Assembly (NCBI GenBank): GCA_043228905.1
Contig: JBHGNT010000009.1
Coordinates: forward strand, 4,154,001 to 4,218,000
Source of the DNA: Azolla caroliniana
Lineage: Eukaryota; Plantae; Polypodiophyta
Length of the DNA stretch: 64,000 nucleotides
Direction: 5' to 3'
The position numbers and the translations under genes are program-made. The notes below the pieces were generated by a model. The model was not told the DNA's origin, searched no databases, and saw only the letters and a list, made by a program, of their open reading frames with translations. Shown in pieces: positions 51,454-63,705 of this stretch (within the stretch, counting starts at the first letter, position 1; each line of letters begins with the position of its first letter).

Positions 51454-54400
51454 TGTTACGGGCATGACCATATAATATCCCGTGGTAAGAATTTACCGTA
51501 GTATTCTATACACGTGGATAAGTGTGAGGGTTAAATGAGAGTGTAAAGGAGGGGAGGATTACTTTTAATCCTCGGGATTGAGACAACCCATTAGGTCAAG
51601 TGTGAACTTGCCTGGGGGCCTTGGGTATCGCTATAAATAAGAGGCCTAGCTACCCTCATTTGATCATCTTTTGACTACATCGAGACTCTGCTCGTGTGGT
51701 GGGTCAACTCTTGTAGCGAGCGCGCCAGCACCAGGTACGACTCGACGCCACGGCGGTGGTATGGGACGCCGATCGAGGCTCGAGTCCGTCTCGATCCCTT
51801 CGCTCGGGGGTGGTCGGGTGGATCGGCACCCTTCTTTCTCTTTCTCCTTTCTATCTTTCATTTCTTTATCCTTATCTTAAGCTTACATTAGTATTATGAT
51901 CTATAATATTTGGTATCAGATTTTTGTACTAATGTTTCTTTGTTTTTCATTTGTCTTTTGATTGATGCTGATCGATCGTTGTGCGGTTGGCCTTGATCCA
52001 GACAACGATCAACAAAGAACTTCGGTAACTCTTTCCAGAATTTTTCTTTCTATTCTCTCTTCTCCCATCTAATCATGTGTTTAGTTTATATGTAATTTTT
52101 TTTCATTAAGTCAATGATGTTTTTAGTGGTCTTTAATTGATTATCTAAAACGTTTACATATGTGCACGAGGTCAATACCTCGTTTGACATATTAATAATA
52201 TGTGATGAGTGTCGTATGCGTACGAGGTTAATACCTCAATTACGTAATACGTTCACGAACATATGTTACGTTTGCGTATGAGTTTAATACCTTGATTTGT
52301 TGTAAACGATATGCGTTTGGTCTCGTATGCGTAAGAGGTCAATACCTCCATTGCGTATTACGATGATCTCTTATTTGTGGATGTTTCGTGTGCGTAGAGG
52401 TATATACCTCGATTACGTATCTCGATCACATCATTTGTGGCTATTTACTATAACGATATGTTTAATATAGGCATATGTGGTCACATATATATGTATTTGA
52501 TCGTATATATGTGATAAGTAAACATATGTGTATATTCGTTATTACGTGATTATATCGAAAGTTGTCCTTGTCGGGAAAAGGATGTTGGTGGCTGTCCTCA
52601 CATTTTTGTGAGAATGGTGTTGTCACCATCCCTTTTTCAACATTTTTTTTATTGTTGATAACCCCGTTGACGACCTCGATTTCGTTATGTAAAGAAACGC
52701 GAATAGCCAAAATGATGTTGAGTACGTAGGGCTTGACCCACTTCAACTGAGGTCGCTCCAATGACGCACGTATCCAACATCCCTCCCTCGTTACATGGAT
52801 ACGATGCCACCATGAGCTCGTTCTTACGAGAGGCATTCGTAATGACGTGACCATGTGATGGCCCACGTGAGCCTACTACGAAACGAGGGCTCATTTGGCT
52901 TGACCATTAGGTTGCACTTTGGCGTATGCCATCGTAATTACGAGACTTGAGGTTAGGTAACGTACCAACATAGTTTTGGTAAATGAGGGCGAAATAAGGA
53001 CCCTTGACATATATGTTCTTTTAAAAAAAACATATATGATCAATTGCCTCACATATCTCTTATACGCATCAAATATTAAGCATTCGAGAAGAGCAACTTA
53101 CTTGGTTGGCTCAAGTGTTTAATGTATTTGTTCTCGAGGTCTCGAGTTCAAATATGACCAAGACCATACAACATCCTTGATACATATGACTATAACACAT
53201 GTTTAGACTTAAGGTCTAAGTGCACCTCGGGGTCCTCATAATAGGACTTAAAGAGCCGAAACCACTTATGTGGGCACCGAAACATAGTTTATTGTTAACA
53301 TTTTTTTTTGTGTATAAACTATTCATGACGCGAACATACATGGTTGAGCCTCGGGGAGCCACCATGAAAAAATCGATATAGAGATCAGGGAAAGACATTT
53401 ATTTGTCACCCCCATGGTTTTTAAAACACCTTTGTGTTACCATAGTAACCTGATCTTGAACCTCATCTCATACGTCTAGAGGGGTATTGACGTGAGATAA
53501 TGATATCGATTAATGCTCGCCCATGATATGTTTACATCACGACATGATGTTATGACTATATCTCTGACCTTATCCTATTTCTTTTCCAGAAATAATCTTT
53601 AATGGCTCAAATTAACGACCCGATGTCATCCGCTCAAGCGGAAGGAACTCAAGGGAATCCTCCTGGACAAATGTCCACTGAGATGTATTTGGCACAAATA
53701 ACCCAATTCCTTAGTTTCACCGCTCAACAGATGACCGAACTTCGGCAATCTCAGAGTGCTCTTGAGACACGTGTCATTAGTCTACAACGTGAGACTAATA
53801 GACCTGATGAGCGACAAGGTGAACCATCATTTGTCGTTAAGCCATTTACGGGAGACAAAAAGGAAAGAACCGAAGAAGCAATCTGCACATGGCTGGGACG
53901 ATGGGAGTCTCATTTTGAGCTCTATCCCACGCCAGATAGTAAGAAGATTGCATATGTTGGCCGAGAACTCGGGGGTAAGGCCGCCGCCTGGTGGCGTGGC
54001 CTCCGTACTATGGGGAAATTGCCCGATACCTGGACAGATTTTGTCACGGTTTTTAAGGGCCAATTTCTGCAACCTCCCTCTCGAACCGAGGCAGCACAAG
54101 CTTTAATGAACCTCTCTAGCAGGAAATTTTCCTCGCTAGAAGACTATGTTCACCATGCTAGAACCCAAATCCAAAAATCGGGTCTAGAAGGGGACAATTG
54201 GTTGATAGCTTGTTTTGTCAATGGCATCCCCAATTCGGACTATCACTGGATAGTGCACGATAAGGATCCAAAATCCTTCGAAGAGGCCGTTGAAATAGTT
54301 CTTCGCTATCAACGCACTTCGAAGAAGGACCATAACAAACCCAACGAAGCACCCGGGACTAAGCAGTCGCAATTTGTTGGGAAACGCAAGACACCCAACG

Positions 54401-57400
54401 AATTCCTGGATCGCGATTGTAAGCGACAACATCCTTTTTGTGTATTCTGCAAAAAGAAGGGTCATACAAAAGATCAATGTCGAAAGCTCCAACGGAAAGA
54501 GCACGACAACAAAGCTAAAGCTGCAGACCATAAAGGCCAGATTCCTAATGTCCTTCAGGTCTATACACATCATTTAAGTAATTGTCAATGTTCTTTCCCT
54601 CACTATGTATTGGGTCCCAATGATTTACTACGTGCAAACGGGTATATCAATGGATCTCCCGTACAATTTTTATTTGATTCGGGAAGCTCACACAATTTTG
54701 TGAATGATCGTTTGGTTTAGATATGGGGAATCCAACCCACCGTAAGTGATCACACCTACACGGTGCACTTGGCTGATGGAAGAGTACAATACATCAACGG
54801 GGCGATTCATTCATTAGGAATTTCTATTGATACTTATATAGAGGAAGTAGACTTCCATGTAATGAATCTTTGTACCACCGATGTAATACTGGGTTATCCC
54901 TGGTTTTATAATAAAAACTCTTCTTTATTTATTGATTGGGTTCATCATTCCATTTCTTTTGTACTGAACGATTGTACGCATTTTATTCAATGTGTAAAAA
55001 AACAATCCCTCTCGATTGTTTCCTCGTGTCCATCAATATCCGAGTTGTCTTGTTCTACGTTATTTTATTGTGTACTTGATCCGGACATTCACGTTTACAA
55101 TATCGATAATGTCCCGATTCAATTAACATATTTTGAACAACAACAACTTGATGAAATCTTAAATGATTTTCATGATGTTTTTCCAAGTGAACTACCTGAT
55201 GGGTTACCTCCTAAACGTAATATAGACCATCGTATAGATATTGTACCTGGTGTTGCACCAATAAGTATACCTCCGTATCGCTTAAGTCGATCCGAAGAAG
55301 ATGAGGTATCTAAGCAACTCAAGGACTATTTACGAATGGGTTATATACGTTATAGTAAATCTCCATGGGGTACACCAGTTCTCTTGGTTAAAAAGAAAGA
55401 GGGCACATGGCGTATGTGTATTAATTACCGACGCTTGAATAAAGTGACGATCAAGAATTCGTATCCATTGCCCCGGGCTGACGATCTAATTGACCGTCTC
55501 CAGGGAGCTCGGTATTTTACGAAACTTGATCTCCGTACTGGCTACCATCAAATAAGAATAAGTGAGGACGATGTTCCTAAAACGGCATTTCGTACGCGCT
55601 ATGGCCATTACGAGTTTTTGGTTATGCCTTTTGGTTTGACCAATGCTCCGGCTACTTTTCAACAAGAAATGAATGACATTTTCCGAGAACAACTTGGAAA
55701 ATTTGTCGTTATTTTCTTGGATGATATTTTAGTTTATAGCCGTACATTACAAGAACATGCTAGACATGTCCGCTTTGTTTTACAAACATTGCGTGACAAA
55801 CAGTTTTATGCGAAGATCTCAAAATGTGAGTTCTTCAAGAAATCAATTACTTATCTAGGACATCTCATAACCGAACGAGGAGTTGAAATTGATCCTTCTC
55901 GCATTGAGAAAATCAAGCTTTGGCCCACTCTTCGGAATATTCGAGAAGTTCGATCATTCCTTGGTTTTGTGGGGTTTTTGCGAAAGTCTCTTCGTAATTA
56001 CTCCCAATTGACGACGCCGTTTACTGATCTTTTAAAAGGTCAAACGCGTAAGTCTACAAAACCTATTGTGTGGAATGCTACACTAGACCTTGCCTTTAAG
56101 GAACTCAAGGACCTGGTTTGCAAGGCTCCTTCACTTCTTTTACCCGATCCTTCAAAACCTTTTGAGGTTGAAACCGATGCCAGCGATTACGCTATAGGTG
56201 CTGTTTTGTATCAAGATGGTAAACCAATAGCATTCGAGAGTAAGAAACTTGATTCTGCTCAATGTCGGTATACCGTTCAAGAAAAGGAATTATTTGCAGT
56301 TATACATGCGCTCAAAACATGGCGCCATTATCTTTATGGAAATCACTTTGTGGTAACTACGGACCACGAGTCCTTGAAATATTTTTGTGACCAACAAGAC
56401 CTGAAAGGTCGTAAGGCACGATGGGCTGATCTCATCCAGGACTTTGATTTTTCCATACGATATCGTAAAGGTTCCATGAACATTGTCGTTGATGCACTAA
56501 GTCGCATCCGTGAAGTTAACACGCTTAGCTTCACTGAAATATCATCAGATCTTTATGATCACCTTCGAGGAAAGTATCCTGATGACAGTTATTTCGCAAA
56601 ATACTGGGCAAGAGTTGAGTCTGGAACAGACACCACCACATCCTCGAAGGAATACTTCCACATTGCTAACGGTTTGCTCTACCGTAATGGGAAGGTTTGT
56701 GTTCTAGATTTACCCGAGGTCAAAAAGAGGATTCTTTTTGAATGCCATGATGCACCCTCAACAGGGCACCCTGGAATACATCGTACACTCGTTCTCATCT
56801 CCACTCAATTTTATTGGCCTAAGATGCGTCCTGACATACATAGCTATGTGACTAAATGTCACCAGTGTCAGGTTAACAAAGCCGAGCGACTTAAAGCCGT
56901 AGGACTTTTACATCCCTTGGACATTCCCAATAATAAGTGGGAAAGTATATCCATGGATTTTATTGTTAGCCTTCCTCGCACCCAAAAAGGTCATGATGCC
57001 ATCTGGGTTGTCGTTGATCGACTAACTAAAATGGCCAGATTTATTGCTACTAAAACCACGGTAACAGCTCCTGAACTGGCTTACCAATTCGTTGACGAAT
57101 TGTTTCGTTTTTATGGGTTACCGATGGATATCGTGAGTGATCGAGATCCAAAGTTTACTAGTGACTTCTGGACGCAAGTCTTTAAGAAGTTAGAAACTAC
57201 GTTGAGCATGAGCTCCACGGATCATCCTCAATCCGATGGACAGACAGAACGAGTAAATCAAATTATTGAGGACATGCTTCGAGCATACGTTGGTGCAAAA
57301 CCAACAAAATGGGAACGTTATCTCCCAATTTTGGAGTTTGCTTATAACAACTCCAAGCATACGTCGACGGGATATAGTCCTTTTATGTTGATGTATGGTT

Positions 57401-58476
57401 TTCAGCCACGAGCCCCGATTGATGTTAATATACATCATGATGAGTTGCGAAGTACGCAAAACTTTCTTCGGGATATGCAAGATATGTTGCATATTGCACG
57501 AGATAATATAAAAACAGCTCAAGATAGAGCGCATTTTTATGCCGATCATCATAGGCAACCTCGTGTATTTAACCCTGGACAGAAGGTATTTTTACGTGTA
57601 CCTCACAATTCTAAGACATTGTCTACGGGTAAGTGCGCTAAGTTAGCCCCACGGTTTTGTGGACCTTTTACAGTCCTCAAACGCATTGGGTCATCAGCCT
57701 ATCGTCTTGCTCTTCCCGATGGTGTCGGAATTAATCCAGTCTTTCATGTGAGTCGTCTAAAAGAACTTCTAGGTTCTGGCGACAATACAGTTACAACTGA
57801 AACTCTGGTTACTTCTGAAGAATTATCTTCTAAACCACATGTGCCAGAAAGAATTCTTGATGTTAAAACAAAAAAATTACGTACTAAAGAAATCCGAGAA
57901 TTTAAAATAAAATGGATGGATAAATCAATAAAAGATGCCACATGGGAACGCGAAAATACTCTTAGAACTAACTTCCCTAACTTTCCATTGCAAGAGTGCA
58001 ATGTTTTAAAGAGGGGGAGTATGTTACGGGCATGACCATATAATATCCCGTGGTAAGAATTTACCGTAGTATTCTATACACGTGGATAAGTGTGAGGGTT
58101 AAATGAGAGTGTAAAGGAGGGGAGGATTACTTTTAATCCTCGGGATTGAGACAACCCATTAGGTCAAGTGTGAACTTGCCTGGGGGCCTTGGGTATCGCT
58201 ATAAATAAGAGGCCTAGCTACCCTCATTTGATCATCTTTTGACTACATCGAGACTCTGCTCGTGTGGTGGGTCAACTCTTGTAGCGAGCGCGCCAGCACC
58301 AGGTACGACTCGACGCCACGGCGGTGGTATGGGACGCCGATCGAGGCTCGAGTCCGTCTCGATCCCTTTGCTCGGGGGTGGTCGGGTGGATCGGCACCCT
58401 TCTTTCTCTTTCTCCTTTCTATCTTTCATTTCTTTATCCTTATCTTAAGCTTACATTAGTATTATGATCTATAATA
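51454..58476 (+). mobile_element. Young full-length Ty3/Gypsy chromovirus, tRNA-iMet primed, TG..TA termini
   Basis: 455 bp LTRs 51454-51908 and 58022-58476 (one visible SNP); TSD CAAGG; PBS tggtatcaga at 51911; PPT aaaagaggggga; ~1.7 kb leader. Confidence 0.96.
53602..58035 (+). pseudogene. Gypsy gag-PR-RT-RH-IN-chromodomain polyprotein with one in-frame TAG (54718-54720) inside the protease
   Basis: CVFCKKKGHTKDQC; LFDSGSSHNF; FLDD; [10 protein letters not shown]; WESISMDFI; C-terminal PERILD..FKIKW..DATWE; frame continues past the stop. Confidence 0.92.
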
Positions 58477-58573
58477 CAAGGCATTATTTCGAACCAAATC
58501 GGTTCAATGCCAGTCTTAAGCCTCCTAGCTACTATTGTATATTCCCTTAACATAATATATATCTTTTGTTATC

Positions 58574-58633
<60 letters not shown>

Positions 58634-58761
58634 CTCTCGAGAGTTCTACACCTCCCTTAGTACTAATCCTCATCTTTTAGTACTAATTCCTTCTCTGTTT
58701 TAGTACTGTTCCTGTCAGTACTTCTCTACCTTAGTATTGCTCCTGACACCTTTGTCTTCAG

Positions 58762-61700
58762 TGTTAAACACAGTGCTCGGCCACAACCGAGGAATAGGAT
58801 CAACTCACAGAAAACAGGAAATACAAAATGCACGAAGACAATAGAGAGAAGAGTACACAGGATGTTTTACGTGGAAAACCCTAAATGGGAAAAACCACGG
58901 GAGTCCTCAAACTCCAACTATCACTATAAACAGAGATGTACAATGGTGAAGCTACAAGGCAACAACCTTGAGCTCACTGTCTTCGCCACAGGCGGCGGTA
59001 ATACACAGAGGCAACGACTTCTTCGTCTCTCTCTCTCTCTCTCTCGGCTGCTCTCTTCACTCCCTCTAAGTGGAAAACAGAAAAATGAGCAACAGTTACA
59101 AAACTGTTTGCCCTAAGTCATATTTATACACATATGACTTTCGGGCTATTTACAAATATAGCTTCAAGGGCCCTTGGCAAACATATTCACAAATATGTCC
59201 CCGCATCCGGATCTCTCTCCGGGTACATTCGTCATCCGGCTCCGTAGCCGGGGTCTTCATCATCCGACTCCGTAGCCGGGGTCTTCATCATCCGGCTCCG
59301 TAGCCGGGGTCTTCATCATCCGGCTCCGTAGCCGGGGTCTTCATCATCCGGATCCGTAGCCGGGTACTCTTCATCCGGCTTCATGCCGGGTACTCTTCAT
59401 CCTCCGGTTCCGTAACCGCAACCGGGCTTGCCGTCATTCATCTCCGGACATCCCATCCGGAGGGACCGAAATCCCAACAAACTCCCCCTTCACTTCGGCA
59501 TGGGATGTCTCTCCAATCCGATCCTCTTCCGGCATGCTTCCAGCTTGTCGGGTGTGAGCACCTTGGTCAGCATATCCGACCCGTTCTCGTCCGTGTGGAT
59601 CTTCGTCAGCACGAACTCCTTGTCTTCTATCCTTTCCCGGATCCAGTGGTATCTACGCTGGATGTGTTTCGTCCGGGAATGGTAGGCAACGTTCTTTGCA
59701 AGGTGGATGGCACTCTGACTGTCGCAGTAGAGTCGGTACTCCTCCTGCCGGATACCGAGCTCTCTAATGAAGTCCTTCATCCATATCATTTCCTTGCCGG
59801 CTTCAACAGCCGCCATGTACTCCGCCTCCGTGGTTGACAATGCAACCGTCTTCTGCAACCTCGACTGCCACGAAACAGCTCCCCCTGCATACGTCATCAC
59901 ATACCCTGATGTGGACCGGCTGGTATCTGCATCAGCCGACATATCCGAATCGGTAAAGCCGTCGAGTTCGGGCTTACCGGAGCCGAATCGGAGGCACACG
60001 TTTGCCGTGCCCTTCAGGTATCGGAGTATCCACTTGACCGCGTTCCAGTGCTCTTTGCCGGGATTGCTCATGTACCGGCTCACCACTCCGACTGAATATC
60101 CTATGTCCGGTCTTGTACACACCATTGCGTACATCAAGCTTCCGACGGCAGAGGCATATGGTACTTTCATCATGTCCTCCTTCTCAGCCTTTGTCTTGGG
60201 GCTTTGCTTGCTGGACAACTTGCAGTTTGCCGGGAGGGTTGACCCGACCGGTCTTGCTTCCGACATGTTGAACCGGTGAAGCACCTTTGTCACGTACTTC
60301 TCCTGTGACAGCCACAACTGCTTCTTCTTCCGGTCCCGGATGATGTGCATCCCTAGTATTTGCCTCGCCGGACCCAGGTCCTTCATTGAGAAGGTTCGGT
60401 GAAGCGCTTTCTTCAGCATCCGTATCTTGACCTGGTCCCGTCCAACGATCAACATGTCGTCCACATACAGGAGGAGTATTAGAAAGTCTCCTCCTTCGAA
60501 CTTCTTCACAAACACGCAGTGATCGGACTGCGTTTTGTGGTACCCTTCGTCGGTCATGAAGGAGTCGAACTTCCGGTACCACTGCCGGGGAGCCTGCTTT
60601 AGTCCGTAAAGGCTCTTCTTCAACCGGCATACCATGTGCTCCTTCCCTTTCTTCTCGAATCCTTCCGGTTGCTGCATGTAGATCTCTTCTTCGAGGTCAC
60701 CGTGAAGGAATGCCGTCTTCACGTCCATCTGTTCTACCTCGAGGTCCATGCTTGCCGCTATGCTCAGCACCGTCCAGATGGAGGTCATCTTCACTACCGG
60801 GGCAAATATCTCGTCGAAGTCGACGCCCTTCTTCTGCTGGAACCCCTTCACCACGATCCTGGCTTTGTATCTCGGGGGGTTTCCGGCATCTCCCGGTTTC
60901 AGCTTGAACACCCACTTGTTTCGAAGTGCCTGCTTTCCTTTCGGCAACTCCACAAGTTCATATGTGTGGTTCTCATGCAGGGAATCCATCTCCTCCTGCA
61001 TGGCACTTAACCACCTGCGGCTATGGGTGTCAAGCTTTGCTTCTTCAAAACTCTCCGGCTCCCCCTCGTCGGTTAGCAGCACGTGCTCTGGTTCCGGAAA
61101 TCTCCGGGGGGCCCTTCTCTCTCTTAGAGGATATCTCCGTTCCGGAGCTTCGGTAACCGGCTCCTCCGTTTCCTCTTCATCCGAATCCATTTCGGGATCG
61201 GGGCCGGTTCCGGTATCAGTTTCATCTTTCTTGGCCGGTTCTGTTTCTTCACCGTCTTCGGCCGGATCCTCGAGTGCTAACCGGTCCATTGCCGGTCGGG
61301 ACTGCTCCTCGTAGAGTTGATCCTCACCGGTCGACTTGGAGCTCTTCATCTTCTTCTCCGACTCCCAGTCGGCGAGTGTCTTGTCCTCCATGAAGATGAT
61401 ATCACGACTCCGGAATATCTTTTTGTCGACCGGGTCCCATACTCGGTAGCCGAACTCGTCATCGCCGTAACCGAGGAATATGCATGGCCGGGTCTTTGGA
61501 TCTAGCTTTCCTCTCCGGTCCTTTGCCACATGCACATATGCGAGACACCCGAACACCTTCAGATGCCGGTAGGATACTTCCCTACCGGTCCACACTCTCT
61601 GCGGCGTGTCTCCGTCCAAAGGTACTGAGGGTGATCTGTTTATCACGTATGTCGCCGTCGACATTGCCTCAGCCCAAAACCCCTTGGGTAATTTCGCATG

Positions 61701-63705
61701 CGCCAGCATACTCCGGACCCTCTCCATTATGGTCCGGTTCATCCTCTCGGCCAGCCCGTTCAGTTCCGGCGTCTTCGGCACAGTAAACTCGAGCCGGATT
61801 CCCTTCGAGCGACAGTACTCCTCGAACTGCCCCCGGTATTCCCCTCCGTTATCCGCTCGTATCGCTTTCAGCTTCTTGCCGGATTCCCTTTCCACTCTTG
61901 CGTGGAGTTCTTTGAAGACACACAACACTTGGTCCTTTGTCTTCAACGGTGCCGTCCGCAGTTTCCGGCTATGGTCATCTATGAATGTTACGAAGTACTG
62001 GGCTCCGCCATGTGACTTCGTTTCTACTTGACACACGTCAGTGTGCACCAACTCCAATGGCGCGCTACGTCTCGTCGGTGGCCTTGAGTGGAAGGAGGTT
62101 CGGTTCTGCTTACCGGCCAGGCAATCGGTGCACTTCTCCAGGTGCACATGCTTCACTGGAATAAGGTTGTCTTCTGCAAGCCTCTTCATCCCCTTCTCAC
62201 TCATGTGGCACAGTCTCTTGTGCCACAGCTCACCGGCAGTGTCGGCTGCCACGTTCAGCTCCTCCGGACATAGCCGGGAATTCATCAGGTACAGTGTGTT
62301 GACCTTCCGGGCCCGAGCCACTATCAGGCTGCCTTTGCTGAACTTCATGACACCGTTCCGGATGCTACCCGTGTAGCCTTCATCGTCTAGCCTCCCGGCC
62401 GAAATCAGGTTCAATCGAACCTCCGGAACGTGTCGGACATCCTTCAACAGCATCTTGCATCCGGTTGATGTCATCAGCCACACGTCTCCTATGCCGGAAA
62501 TCCGGCATGTACCTTCATTTCCCATCCGGACACAGCCGTGCTCACCGGCTGTGTAGGATGAGAAGTATTTCTTCTCCGGGGTCAGGTGGAACGACGGTCC
62601 GGAATCGACCACCCAGGTCATCTCTTCACCGGCAAGGTTCAGCTCCCTCTCTTCGGTAATGAGCATTATCTCTTCTTCACTTGCCGCGAGTGCCGTCGTT
62701 CCTTTCCGGTCCTGCCCTCGCCGATCCGGACCTCTCCGGTCCGTGGCTCCCCGGTATGCACCGTTTCGCTCCGGTGACTTCTTCGAATCGGTACCGTCGG
62801 TTCCGTTGTCTTTCCGGAAATGCCGACAGTTCTTCTGGAAGTGCCCCGGCTTCCCACAGTAGAAGCATGTAGGTCTTCCCCTCGACTGCGACCGTGTCCC
62901 CGACTTCTCCCGTCTTTGCGGACTCCGGTTCCGTTGTCTTCCCCGTTCCGATTCGGTAAGCAGCGCCTTCGAGTCGGAGACCGGTTCTTTATCTCTCCGA
63001 CGCGCTTCTTCATTTAGAATACTTGTCTTTACCGTTAGTAAAGACAAGTTCTCTTCCTTACAGGAGGTGCTGAGAGTAACTACCAAGTTCTCCCAGCTCT
63101 CCGGAAGGGTACACATCAGCATGATGGCTTGCATTGCGTCATCCAACGGGAACTTGATCGCCGCAAGCTGGTTCACGAATCCCATGAATGTGCTGACGTG
63201 TGCGACCATGCTCTCGCCGTCCCGGTACTTAAGATTCACTATCTTCCTCATCAGGGAGGTCCGGGTCAGAGCATTCTTCCTCTCATAAAGTCCGGACAGC
63301 TTTTGCCACATCTCATAGGCGTTCGTATCGTTCGCCACATGTTGCAGGACACTTACATCGACATATTGCCGGATCGTCGCTACGGATTTCCGGTTCAGGA
63401 GCTTCCACTCCGACTCTATTACCCCCTTGGGTATCTCGGCATTGTCGATCGGTTCGTACAGGTCTCGGACGATGAGAAGGTCTTCCATCTTTATCTTCCA
63501 GTCGGCGTAGTTCTGTGAGTTCAACACCATCATGCCCGGAGGCCCACTACCGCCGCCTTCCATTTTCTGTGTTAACCTCGCTCTGATACCACTTTGTTAA
63601 ACACAGTGCTCGGCCACAACCGAGGAATAGGATCAACTCACAGAAAACAGGAAATACAAAATGCACGAAGACAATAGAGAGAAGAGTACACAGGATGTTT
63701 TACGT
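58762..63705 (-). mobile_element. Ty1/Copia element (same Tork-like family as 44998-50540); 5' LTR interrupted
   Basis: 3' LTR 58762-59479; PBS complement ctctgatacca 63581-63591; 5' LTR from 63595 matches the 3' LTR only to 63705. Confidence 0.95.
59490..63563 (-). CDS. Uninterrupted Copia gag-pol polyprotein, 1357 aa
   Basis: single ORF with zinc knuckle, protease (DSGPS, where the sister has DSGAS), integrase, RT YVDD and RNaseH. Confidence 0.95.
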   Translation of the reverse strand: MEGGGSGPPGMMVLNSQNYADWKIKMEDLLIVRDLYEPIDNAEIPKGVIESEWKLLNRKSVATIRQYVDVSVLQHVANDTNAYEMWQKLSGLYERKNALTRTSLMRKIVNLKYRDGESMVAHVSTFMGFVNQLAAIKFPLDDAMQAIMLMCTLPESWENLVVTLSTSCKEENLSLLTVKTSILNEEARRRDKEPVSDSKALLTESERGRQRNRSPQRREKSGTRSQSRGRPTCFYCGKPGHFQKNCRHFRKDNGTDGTDSKKSPERNGAYRGATDRRGPDRRGQDRKGTTALAASEEEIMLITEERELNLAGEEMTWVVDSGPSFHLTPEKKYFSSYTAGEHGCVRMGNEGTCRISGIGDVWLMTSTGCKMLLKDVRHVPEVRLNLISAGRLDDEGYTGSIRNGVMKFSKGSLIVARARKVNTLYLMNSRLCPEELNVAADTAGELWHKRLCHMSEKGMKRLAEDNLIPVKHVHLEKCTDCLAGKQNRTSFHSRPPTRRSAPLELVHTDVCQVETKSHGGAQYFVTFIDDHSRKLRTAPLKTKDQVLCVFKELHARVERESGKKLKAIRADNGGEYRGQFEEYCRSKGIRLEFTVPKTPELNGLAERMNRTIMERVRSMLAHAKLPKGFWAEAMSTATYVINRSPSVPLDGDTPQRVWTGREVSYRHLKVFGCLAYVHVAKDRRGKLDPKTRPCIFLGYGDDEFGYRVWDPVDKKIFRSRDIIFMEDKTLADWESEKKMKSSKSTGEDQLYEEQSRPAMDRLALEDPAEDGEETEPAKKDETDTGTGPDPEMDSDEEETEEPVTEAPERRYPLRERRAPRRFPEPEHVLLTDEGEPESFEEAKLDTHSRRWLSAMQEEMDSLHENHTYELVELPKGKQALRNKWVFKLKPGDAGNPPRYKARIVVKGFQQKKGVDFDEIFAPVVKMTSIWTVLSIAASMDLEVEQMDVKTAFLHGDLEEEIYMQQPEGFEKKGKEHMVCRLKKSLYGLKQAPRQWYRKFDSFMTDEGYHKTQSDHCVFVKKFEGGDFLILLLYVDDMLIVGRDQVKIRMLKKALHRTFSMKDLGPARQILGMHIIRDRKKKQLWLSQEKYVTKVLHRFNMSEARPVGSTLPANCKLSSKQSPKTKAEKEDMMKVPYASAVGSLMYAMVCTRPDIGYSVGVVSRYMSNPGKEHWNAVKWILRYLKGTANVCLRFGSGKPELDGFTDSDMSADADTSRSTSGYVMTYAGGAVSWQSRLQKTVALSTTEAEYMAAVEAGKEMIWMKDFIRELGIRQEEYRLYCDSQSAIHLAKNVAYHSRTKHIQRRYHWIRERIEDKEFVLTKIHTDENGSDMLTKVLTPDKLEACRKRIGLERHPMPK

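Larger units (their letters stand above)
51251..58748 (+). mobile_element. Solo LTR of the Tcn1-like family, split by a Gypsy insertion (51251-51453 and 58477-58748)
   Basis: aligns to LTR 40354-40816 on both sides of the insertion; flanks cattt/ccttt (imperfect TSD). Confidence 0.88.
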
